Shown here piece by piece: positions 12,601 through 24,636 of a stretch of 64,000 nt of DNA (position 1 is the first letter of the stretch; each line of letters opens with the position of its first letter). A program made the position numbers and the translations under genes. A model generated the notes under the pieces. That model had not been told where the DNA came from and did not search any database. It saw nothing but the letters and a program-made list of their open reading frames with translations. The DNA comes from Laetmonice hystrix (Eukaryota). Location: contig OZ249436.1 in the NCBI GenBank assembly GCA_965235115.1, positions 22,384,001-22,448,000 of the forward strand, written 5' to 3'.

Positions 12601-15600
12601 ACTGTCACTTACGCCGATACTCTGTCCTAAAGTACTTCCAAATTCAGCTTACTTAAAAAAATAATAATAAAATAATAAAATAAAGTGCCAGTAAGTGGAA
12701 GCGTACCCTTTTTTCCATGATTCGTCCGATCTCGCCGAGGGCGCGGTCGACGGCAGACACTCGGTTCTGAGCCCACGGCCCGCTGTCAGGGGCCGCCAGG
12801 TACTTGTTTAAATCACGCATCACCTTCTGGAGCCTGACAACAAACACAGGTAACATTTACAATAGCACACACATAACCAGGCCATGTTGGGGGCGTGGGC
12901 TGGTGGTGGCATGCCCTTAATGGTTTATGTAGGAAGGTTTGTCATCGACAGCTTTCGCGTACTCCGGTCTCGTCCACCAGTAAAACTGACCGACTTGTTA
13001 TGACCCTGGTAAACCCTCACTCACAATCCTTACCACTGATCATTCAGTGTGACGGTCTCGTCCACCAGTAAAACTGACCGACTTGTTATGACCCTGGTAA
13101 ACCCTCACTCACAATCCTTACCACTGATCATTCAGTGTGACGGTCTCCTCCCCCAGTAAAACTGACCGACTTGCTATGACCCTGGTAAACCCTCACTCAC
13201 AATCCTTACGTGATCATTGAGGTCCCTCTTCGTCTTCAGTAAAACCAGTAAAACTGAGTCTGCCTTGTTATGACCCTAGTAAAACCCCACTCACAATCCT
13301 TACCCCTGGCATAGGGTTTGTCGTTGATACATTCTATTTTTGCAATATTCTAGCATTATCAAAATGGTTGTATATTCTCAGTGTACAACAATGAAAACGT
13401 CAGCGAATATGAGAAATGGGCATAATAACTTTGACTTTACAAGATGTTGATTTACTGGTTATATCTTCACCATCAGCCCATCTACACCTCTGCATTCTCT
13501 GCCTCAGCTTACTCGAGACCCGATATTGCTAATTTGAAAAACGCTTCAATTTCTGAATGAAAAAGAAACTGCACAGCAAAACGGAAAAATACTGAATTTA
13601 GACGAGGCTGACGGAAGATATCAACTGATAGGGCACTAGTGACATCACAGTCGGTTCAATTAGCGGGCGTCAATTAGAGTCAAATTGAGGGTGCCGTGGG
13701 CTTGGGGTCCAATGAGGCTCTGCCCGAAACTTCAGCAATGTCCCTCGATCTAATTAGCCTTCTGTGTCTGTATCACCTTTCTCTTGCTGAATATAAGCAT
13801 TAAACACCGCACGGACTCTGCCACAACTCAGGGTACTGTCAGGGTAACGTTGGAAAAACAGCACCCTGGATCTTGTGTTATAAAGCAATAATCAGGTTCA
13901 TTGTCAAGATGTACACTTACCGGTATATAACATAAGGGCTGAGTAAGAGTACCAAGGCTACAATTACGAGTAACTTTTCGTCGGCTGAGACCTGGATGAT
14001 CTGAAATCTGCAGGTATTACATTTCCATGTGCCTGCTGTTGTCAGCCAGACGTCTCCAAATTTATGGTAATCTAATATTCACACAAATGGAGGTTTAATA
14101 ATGCAAGCTATTCACACACTGAAAGTGATGCCGTTGTGGCTTAAATCAGATCGTCCTATGTTACTACCGGCTACAGATCAGTCTCACTGTGAGAACTCGG
14201 AGACGGCTTACAAGTAACGGGAGGGGACCTGGCGACATCTGGAGAAGATACACACAGAGAGCTATATATCTGTGTACAGCTAGGACTCCATCTACCTACC
14301 CCGGAATGATCATATAAATGTCAGAGGTCGGTGGGTTTGTGGGTGGGTGGGGGTGGGGCGACGAAAATAATGCCGGGCTTGAAGGTTTTTTATCATGGGC
14401 GGAATTGACAGAAATTTCAAGATTAATGATTACCCCCTTACCATTGACGTAGTTTATGGTACTGAATGCTCATCATATTGATACTATTAATACATGCTAG
14501 GAGGAGAAAATAAGGAGAATTTCGACTGACGAAATTGTGTTTCATTTCACACAACGGGCAGTTATGCAAATGTCGTGACCTAGATCGGCTGGTAGCCAGG
14601 TATAAAGAGCGGGCCGGGCGGATTAGTTCTTCTTGAATCCAGACGGTGAAGAAGAGTGGTGCTTTCATTGCCCGCCTCCTTCCCTTCTCCCACCTGGGAT
14701 AACTGGAATTTTGGACACAGAGGCCGGAGAATGGGGCAATATTGGCAGTTCATACAATAAAATTGCATTTGCCTTTAATTCCTGCGTTTTTCCAGAAGGG
14801 GGTACCTTGTTGGGGCGGGGGGGGGGGGGCAGTGTGTGAGATGATTACCGGTTTCATGTGTTGGAAAGCTTGGGGTGCGTTTGCCCGTACTCTGGGGTAG
14901 GGATCCTTGTCAGGAATTGGTTGTCCAGTTACGGAAGCGGCGTATCGGGCCCAAATATGTTACTGGAGAGAAATTATTTGGAAGTTCCCCGCTCAGTGGG
15001 GTTACACTGAAGTTGGGCTGTCCTCTATAACTGAAGCCTCAGAGAGGATTTGTCATCAGCTGGGACGATTGTAGTTATGCTGATTGTGAATAATTGTTAT
15101 CGGAGTGATGCCGTTGTGGCTCAAATCAGATCGTCCTATGTTACTCGAGAAATAAAATTATAGATTTACAAAGGAACCTAGTGTTAATTGGAATTGTGTG
15201 GAATGAAATGATACTCTCTCTGGTGGCGAAGGTAGTACAAAAACCATGGGAATATCTACCCATGGGAAAGCGGTGGAACAGACAAAACTAGGCTCTACAT
15301 TTCTCTTCGATTGGAAGATTTTCAAGTGATTGAAAAGACGATTTGGCGACTTTTATCATTTTTTAAAGGTGCTATTCGTCTCGCACAGAATGGCATTTCT
15401 CCTATCATACATTGTGCACATAGTACTAGAAACAATTCCTACCGATACCATTGGCCTGATAAACCTTCTATTAGTTTGTGTGCAGCATTTGAAACCTATC
15501 TCGGTGCGCACCGAGATAGAGCCATTTCCTATGGAGGGGCGTGTCAGGGTCTCCACAGGCCTTCTGAGAGAGCCCCATTTGTGCCGTTATCCATGAAAAA

Positions 15601-18600
15601 TTTTGATTTCCTTTGTTGTGAATCTATTTCCATGATAGGTGGGATCACATAAACGTCAACAAAATTAAAAATAAAAAAATTAAATTTTTGTTCACGAATA
15701 GCACCTTTAAACCAAAACACAAAAATCACATGAAAAGGTAGTGGACTTATTCATGATACCTGGGAACCTGGGGACATATTTTTTGCGAAAGACCACGTAC
15801 TTTCTGAAATTTGTGCCCCGATTGGTTCTAGTAAGGCGGTTGTTTAGGTAAGACCGACGTAATGTCTTGTAGCCTATACTTGGGGTCAACCAATAGATCA
15901 GGGACGATAGGAGGGCAGGACATAATACGTTATAGCCATAACACATACATTGTACAATGTAATGCCTCATATAGTGACTATCAGGTAGACCATTAACACC
16001 TTGCATTAGTGACCCAGGGCAGGGAACATTAATACCTGAAGAGTTTTTGCCTGACCAGGGAGATCCAGATCTAGCTCCCGGTGGGACAGAAGCCGGTTTC
16101 GATGAGGCCGACTTGCCATCTGTGCACCATTCGCCTGTCGGTGTGGGGTCTGATTTCCATTCCGACGTTCAGGTGGCCGGTGCCAGTGTAACGAGACCCC
16201 TGTCCTCTCAACACCCGCCATACATCCGATACCTTGCCCACACTGCTGGGCTTTCCCTTCGCTGTGGACACTCCCTACTATTGTATCAAGTGTAAAGTAT
16301 TGTGGAAAACGGCATCCCACAAAGCTTTCAATTGAAAACAAATACTGACACGACAAAGAATATACGGAGATTGTAACTAAAGAGGAAGAATACACAATGA
16401 ATGCCAAGAAATTACGGAGAATGCCATGGAAAATGAAAGAAGGAAAGGGGGAAGAAGGAGGAGGATATGGAGGAGGACGGGGAGGATGTGGAGGAGGTTG
16501 AGGGGAGGAGAGCGGAGAGGGAGGGGGAGGATGTGGAGGAGGTGGAGGGGAGGAGAGCGGAGAGGGAGGGGGAGGATGTGGAGGAGGTGGAGGGGAGGAG
16601 AGCGGAGAGGGAGGGGGAGGATGTGGAGGAGGTGGAGGGCAGGAGAGCGGAGAGGGAGGGGGAGGATGTGGAGGAGGTGGAGGGCAGGAGAGCGGAGAGG
16701 GAGGGGGGAGGATGTGGAGGAGGTGGAGGGCAGGAGAGCGGAGAGGGAGGGGGGAGGATGTGGAGGAGGTGGAGGGCAGGAGAGCGGAGAGGGGGGAGGA
16801 TGTGGAAGAGGTGGAGGGCAGGAGAGCGGAGAGGGGGGGAGAGGATGGGGAGGGGGAGAGCAGGGGGTGGAGGTGGAGGTGGAGGTGAGAGGCGAGCGAA
16901 GGGGGAGGCGGAGGGGGAGGGGGAGGAGGGGGAGGAGGGGAGGGGAGGAGAGCGGAGGGGGATGGGGAGGAGGAGGGGGGAGGATAGCGGAGGTGGAGGG
17001 GGGAGGAGAGGGGGAGGGGGAGGGGTAGGGGAGGAGAGGGGGAGTGGGAGGAGGGGTAGGGGAAGAGAGCGGAGGGGGATGGGGAGGGTAGGGAAGGGGA
17101 GGGGGAGCGGGAGGAGGAGGAGGAGAGCGGAGGGGGAGGGGGAGGGGGAGGGGGAGGGGGAGGCAGGGAGGACAGCGGAGGGGGAGGGGGGAGGAGAGGG
17201 GGAGGGGGAGGGGTAGGGGAGGAGAGGGGGAGTGGGAGGAGGGATAGGGGAGGAGAGCGGAGGGGGATGGGGAGGGTAGGGAAGGGGAGGGGGAGCGGGA
17301 GGAGGAGGAGGAGAGCGGAGGGGGAGGGGGAGGGGAGGCAGGGAGGACAGCGGAGGGGGATGGAGGAGAGCAAAGGTGGAGGTGGAGGCGGAGCGGGAGG
17401 AGGGGAGGAGAGCGGAGGAGGATGGGGAAGAGGAGGAGGGGAAGGGGAGGGCGAATATACTGATGACAGCCTTCAGTCATGAATAAATACGAAGTGAAAC
17501 GCGAGAATCTGCAGACGTCCATGACACTCCTCGCTAGTCCTGCGCTCCTACTTTGCTCTAGTTCTACTCAACATACGTCACACAGTCGAGGTCAAAGTAG
17601 AATACCAAGATTAAAAAGTATCTCGAGATGATACGAAAGAAGTAACTGTCAGTGCAGTATCCTTTTTACATGCTTTAGCACATGATAAGTGGTTCTTGAA
17701 ATCTCTTTCAGCGCAACCTAATTTTTTTCAGGCTTGACAACAGGCTGCATTCCTTTTTTCCCTTTTTATTTTTCCTAAAATCTAAAAAGTACCCTCTTGT
17801 TGAAATCCATTATAAAGATTGACTGTTCCTTGTCAATACTTTTAAAACACAGAACCTTGCAATTTCGAATAATTTTGAAATTACCAGCCTTCGCAATCAA
17901 TAATCATGATGAACAGACTCCGATCCAAATTAATACCCCGTGTTCTATGCCTGGCATTAAAAAGGTGGCGCTTAATTTGGGATGTACTAAGCTTTGGTGA
18001 CCACCGCTAGAGGGCGTGACGTCGCGGCCCCTGTGATTTCGGCCTGCTGCGTGAGCTCGATTGAATGAAGTAATCCTAGCTCCGGCCAGGGTGCACTGAG
18101 GCAACCTGCTGTTTATCCTCGTGATATTAGGTACAATTTGCTCTATTTATCCTACATTTTGGTCTGGCATCACTGTTTAATAAGGGACCTGATAGCCGCC
18201 TGTGCAGTAACCGCACTGCTGCCGGTCCATGGGCTCACTCCCGTACAATACCCCATGTGTGAAAATGCGCGCATTAATATGCTTTATTATGCTTCATAAT
18301 CCCATAATTGGAGCGGATCTGGGCCGGGCCTTGTGGGTAGAGGAGGGCCGCCATCCTCACAGAGAGCGGGGCAGTAAGGACTCGGCCTGTCATTGGCGTC
18401 GATAATCCCATAAACGGTATGAACGTCCGTGCCGGGCCGTGCTTGCGTCATGCCGGCCGGATGATGCCCGGCAGGAGACCATGTAGGCACGAAACTTGAA
18501 ACTTCAAATTCTCTCTGCCTTAATATCGCTTTGTTTTTCCTGTTAAATTTTTTAGTTTCGCTTTTTTTCAATTCATAATTTTTATCGCCTTCTTCATTGT

Positions 18601-21600
18601 GTCTGGCCAGACAGTAGGTTGACCACTGCCGGACCTGTATAATCTGGCCAGTAAAGGTAACGGTGCCAGTTATTAATGACAACATGACTGATAGCAATTC
18701 ATGACGATATGACAATCCGCTGGACCCATTCTACCATTTATAACCCGACAGGAAAGGCCACTTGGCGGTTAATCACTGGGCATGTGTACTGCTGATTCTG
18801 CTATTTGGCAGAGCTGACAAGTTTGCCAGCCATTAACAGTCAGAAACAACCCGAATCATGGCAGAGGCCAATATGAGCGAAACGTTGTGCCTACAACCCC
18901 CGCTCGAACCCAACCCCTCCGGGCTGTGGCTTGTACATCAGTGAGCTAACTTGATCTGCACCATGGCGCTGATCCTATTGTGAGGCCTCGGACACAATGG
19001 GTCGTAGCTCTAATGTCATCATTGGCATCATATTGCTGAGGGCCCATGCCCGCCAGCGACCTGCCCGCACTATCGGAGCCCTGTCTCCGGCCCCAGCCTG
19101 GTCCCGCCCAACCGTACCCACCCACAAACTCGGTTACCATGCCATCCCAACGCAGGTTATCTACATGTCAATTTATGATATAGTTATAACAATATTCCTT
19201 CACCCAAATGCGCCAGTGAAGACTTAACATTGTAAAGTTATTTACATTGATACAATGATACGGATGATTAGTTGTATAATGTTAAAGAGAGGATTGTGTC
19301 CATGTCGTGTATCGTGTCCGTATTTGCAGGTATATTAATACACTATATTATACAAAGATGTGAAGCAATTGTTTGAGCTGCCTTTGATTGTGCTCTGAAG
19401 AATATACTGTCGCTAAACTGGCCTTGACCTATAGGTCAAGGGTCATAACTGGTGAATGAACTTTGAAGTCCAAATGATACCACTTAGGGCACCTGTCAGG
19501 TGAAAGACAAGGCCTGCTTATCACCTCTCAATCTCTGTCTGACAGTTGAGAGCTGCCCATCTGGACAATATAGGATGACCATGTGCCTCTGTCTTAGCAC
19601 TGGGGGTCAGCCAGCATGATACGGCCTGTAGTTCCCTCCACGGCACATGGATAATCCAATATTAACTTTTAATTCTCGGCCTCGTACTACTTGCTGCTGA
19701 CAGGATGTCAGGACAAATTGGAGCGAACAGATTAATGGAAGTCTGTCGATGGCAATTTCTGTCCCGCAGCCTCACGGCCAATAGTGGACATCTATTGTGG
19801 TGGTGGCGGTGGTGGTGGTGGTGGTGCCTAAGACAGCGCCGTTCATGGCGGCATCTGTGTGCGTCTCCTCCAACTACAGGCGAGCCGTGACACTTTGTGT
19901 CTGGTGACATAATCGTGGGAAATTGGGCGAGATGTTGGGAGGAGGCATGACGAATGCTTTGTGTAGGGTTGCACAAACAATGGGGTTTGTGGTAGGGATG
20001 GGTGTGGGGCTTCCCAAGCTGGCTGCCACCTGCTAGGGTATCCATCGGGAGCCTGTGCAGTTACTGACCAGGTGTGTCTACCTCTATTTTACCCTATAAC
20101 CCATGCACAAAACACTCGGCTTACCTTTCGACACACTACATGTGTATCATTAAAATACTACGAGTTGTCATTAATACTGGCGACTATTTTCATTTTAAAT
20201 CATGAAAATGAAGTCAGTCCCTAGTTTACATTATGGCATTTCATTCTAGACCAAGTGTGCACTGGTCTTCATTCTCCCTTTTCTCCTCAGCACCTACTCC
20301 CAACTCATATACTACTTAGTGCGTATCCCAATTCATATACTACTTAGCCTCCCGCTAGGGGCGCCAAAGCTAGTAGCCACTCTTCCCTCCCTGATGACTC
20401 AACCCTCGGCTTTCTGCTCTCCTGTAGCCCAAACGTCCCTTGTGGGTTATGTCACGTGCAATTAATTCACACATCATTTTGACGGAGTCGGTTTATGTTC
20501 GGTTCGCCTGCCTCCATCAGAGTGGAGACGCCGGGGACACGCTCTGGGCCCCGACCCTCCATTAAGCTGCCAAAAGACTTCCAAAAAGGCAGCGCCGGTT
20601 TGGCCGTGCCAGCGGCCGTGCCGGCCGGCGGCGCCCGCGCCAAATACGGCCCGGCATGCGACGGCCGGTCCCCGCTCCGCCGTCAACTCCACGCTCAGCG
20701 GTCAGCATGCGATAGCAGCATTAAAAATGACATCGTACAGATGGATCGAGTCGATGGACGTTCTGCCTGGGAATTTTTCTATAATGCATGTAACAATCGG
20801 TCTTACAAATGTCCCCACTTTGTAGACCATTTGCAGCCATTAGATATTAAAGCACGGCCATATTCGTGGAGTTTACAGAAAAATGAACGATTTATTTTCC
20901 TGTAATTTTCATGTCATGATGTTGAGAAATGAGCAATTTGTAGGCAATGCCTCCGCATTCTGTGGTTGTATTTCACATGAAGTACTCAGTGAAATGGAGC
21001 AATTTCACCAGTAATGATCCTATCGATATGCTCTGATATCATTTTCTCATGCGAGTTCCTCAAATGCCTTCTTTCTCTCATAGCAAATTGGCAGGCTTCA
21101 ATTCAAACTTACTTGAAAATTGCCATCATACTCTTCAGTATCATGTCTCAAGGTTCCCCTACATGTCCATTTTAGTTCACTTAACGCTGAAGGCTATCGA
21201 CATCAAATGGCCTCCTTTGGTCCGATTGGTGTACAATTTGGATAATACGGGTTGCACATGGCGGCACCAATCCTCCAACCACTTTAACAGGAGTATAACG
21301 TCCTCACACACTGTCATGTTCACACAGCTGCTACAGTTAAAGTTAAAGTCCATGATGATATATATGATGGCTCTCACACGAGATAAGACGACTGGAAACT
21401 TACTTCTGTTTTCACATACGTGCCTGGAAGTTACCATTGTCTTAAACATCACGTGAACGGACGATAAACTCCACATAATTCCGCTCTCACAACACCACAC
21501 GGTACCACATGTAACTCCTACACGACATGGTAACTCACACACCACATGGTATCACATGGTAACTCCTACACCACATGGTAACTCGCACCCCACATGCTAA

Positions 21601-24600
21601 GTCACACACCACATGGTAACACACACCACATGGTAACTCACACACCACACGGTAGCACATGTAACTCCTACACCACATGGTAACTCACACACCACATGGT
21701 AACCCACACACCACATAACACACACGACATGGTAACTCACACACCACATGATAACTCACACACCACGTGGTAACTTACACCACATGAATGGTAACACACA
21801 GCACATGGTACCACATGGTAACTCACACACCACATGGTAACTCACACCGACATGGTAACTCACACACCACATGGTAACTCCCACCTACATGGTAACTCCC
21901 ACAACACACAGTATGCTATGATTTGAGGTTTAATCTTTAGGAAACCTAAGGCCACCTAATTTTTTCAAGAAGCTCCACAATTCAAGACCAGTCGGTGCAA
22001 GTTGTAAAAAAAGCCCATACTCGCGATACATGTGCCTAAGCTTTTATTGAGGGACGGACTCCTTCGACCTCCTCCCTAGAATAATGCACACATACAAACA
22101 CGAAGAAAATGCGCCCAGGGTAAGGTAATTTGACCCAATTTATTGTGATAAGTGTCTAACCTCAAGAATTTCACCAGCTTGTGTAAATTCGACATATTTA
22201 GATGATTTCATGACGTGACGTTATGACGTAGAGCTTGGTGTTGTGAGGGCGGAATTATGTGCCATGTGGTGTGTGTTACCATGTGGTGTGTGAGTTAGCA
22301 TGTGGGGTGTGAGTTACCATGTGGGGTGAGTTACCATGTGGTGTAGGAGTTACTATGTGGTACCATGTGGTGTGTGAGTTACCATGTGGTGTGTGAGTTA
22401 CCATGTGGTGTGTGAGTTACCATGTGGTGTAGGAGTTACCATGTGGTACCATGTGGTGTGTGAGTTACCATGTGGTGTGTGAGTTACCATGTGGTGTGTG
22501 AGTTATCATGTGGTGTGTGAGTTACCATGTGGTGTAGGAGTTACCATGTGGTACCATGTGGTGTGTGAGTTACCATGTGGTGTAGGAGTTACCATGTGGT
22601 GTGTGAGTTACCATGTGGTGTGTGAGTTACCATGTGGGGTGTGAGTTACCATGTGGGGTGCGAATTACCATGTGGGGTGTGTGTTACCATGTGGTGTGTG
22701 AGTTACCATGTGATGTAGGAGTTACCATGTGGTGTGTGAGTTACCATGCGGTGTGCGAGTTACCATGTGGTGTGTAAGTTACCATGTGGTGTGTGAGTTA
22801 CCATGTGGTGTAGGAGTTACCATGTGGTACCATGTGGTGTGTGAGTTACCATGTGGTGTGTGAGTTAGCATGTGGGGTGTGAGTTACCATGTGGTGTAGG
22901 AGTTACCATGTGGTACCATGTGGTGTGTGAGTTACCATGTGGTGTAGGAGTTACCATGTGGTGTGTGAGTTACCATGTGGTGTGTGAGTTACCATGTGGG
23001 GTGTGAGTTACCATGTGGGGTGCGAATTACCATGTGGGGTGTGTGTTACCATGTGGTGTGTGAGTTACCATGTGATGTAGGAGTTACCATGTGGTGTGTG
23101 AGTTACCATGCGGTGTGCGAGTTACCATGTGGTGTGTAAGTTACCATGTGGTGTGTGAGTTACCATGTGGTGTAGGAGTTACCATGTGGTACCATGTGGT
23201 GTGTGAGTTACCATGTGGTGTGTGAGTTAGCATGTGGGGTGTGAGTTACCATGTGGGGTGTGAGTTAGCATGTGGTGTGTGAGTTACCATGTGGTGTGTG
23301 AGTTACCATGTGGGGTGTGAGTTAGCATGTGGGGACCCGGGTGTGAGTTACCATGTGGTGTGTGAGTTACCATGTGGTGTGTGAGTTACCATGTGGGGTG
23401 TGAGTTACCATGTGGGGTGCGAATTACCATGTGGGGTGTGAGTTACTATGTGGTGTGTGAGTTACCATGTGGGGTGCGAATTACCATGTGTTGTGTGTGT
23501 TGTGGTGTGTGTTACCATGTGGTGTGTGAGTTACCATGTGATGTAGGAGTTACCATGTGGTGTGTGAGTTAACCATGTAGTGTGTGAGTTACCATGTGGT
23601 GTGTGAGTTACCTTGTAGTGTGCGAGTTAACCATGTAGTGTGTGAGTTACCATGTAGTGTGTGAGTTACCTTGTAGTGTGCGAGTTACCATGTGGTGTGG
23701 GAGTTACCATGTGATGTGGGAGTTACCATGTGATGTAGGAGTTACCATGTGGTGTGGGAGTTACCATGTGGTGTGGGAGTTACCATGTGGTGTGTGTTAC
23801 CATGTGGTGTGGGAGTTACCATGTGATGTAGGAGTTACCATGTGGTGTGGGAGTTAACCATGTGGTGTGAGAACAGGTTGTAGATGGAGACCCTAGTTTG
23901 TAGACATGTCATGGCCTCAGTGTACCGCTGTTTGCCCGGCCTAACGACACATCACTGATTAATCATCACTGATTAGCATTGATCATGGCGGGATGACGGC
24001 ACTTTGGTGGCAGACTTGACAAACACTACCACTGGGACAGAGCCGAGCCTACAGAACGCGCTGCAACTATCAGGGATGACAACTGTAACCAAAGATCTGG
24101 GAATACGGCCCTGGAATCGGAGTGTTGTCAGAGGGGGCCCTCCCCACCTGTCGTCACGGATCAGTTTAGGAGGGGGGGGGTGGATCCCACCCTAACATCA
24201 CTGATGGAAATCAGAATCCATCCGTAGTTTTCTCCACCATAGCTGACAATTCCCTTGTTAGACGAGTCAAACAAAACAGGTTGACTTCAGACCTGATACT
24301 ACTCCAGCTAACCATCCAAACCCCGGGCCAAATACGCTACACTCGTGCACAGATTTCGCCACCTTCTGGTGACGATTTCGGAATGACGTTTTATACTAAA
24401 TTATAGCTATAAACGGTGATGAGAGACGGCACCAGAATGGACTGTTTTTTGTGTGGAGGCCTATAAAATTGGACACGTGAAACGGGCACCTTAAGCAGCC
24501 CACTGGAAGCCATGGGCGCCAAACATTTTATACAAAAGGATGACAAATAGTGGCGTGGGGGCAGCGCTGGAAATGCATTCATTAAAATAAATAAATATAT

Positions 24601-24605
24601 ATACG

Positions 24606-24636
<31 letters not shown>

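Noticed and set aside
16010..16280. Peptide resembling a LINE ORF2 C-terminus (RYTGTGHL...HRWQVGLIETGFC)
   Set aside because: Similarity too weak and broken to call without a profile search
16006..17522. Long Pro-rich and Gly/Glu/Arg-rich ORFs (455, 381 and 249 aa)
   Set aside because: Artefacts of a low-complexity purine tract, open in several frames on both strands
18885..18975. Minus-strand A/B-box-like sequence (GGTTCGAGC), as a possible tRNA gene
   Set aside because: No cloverleaf can be built; at most a decayed SINE head
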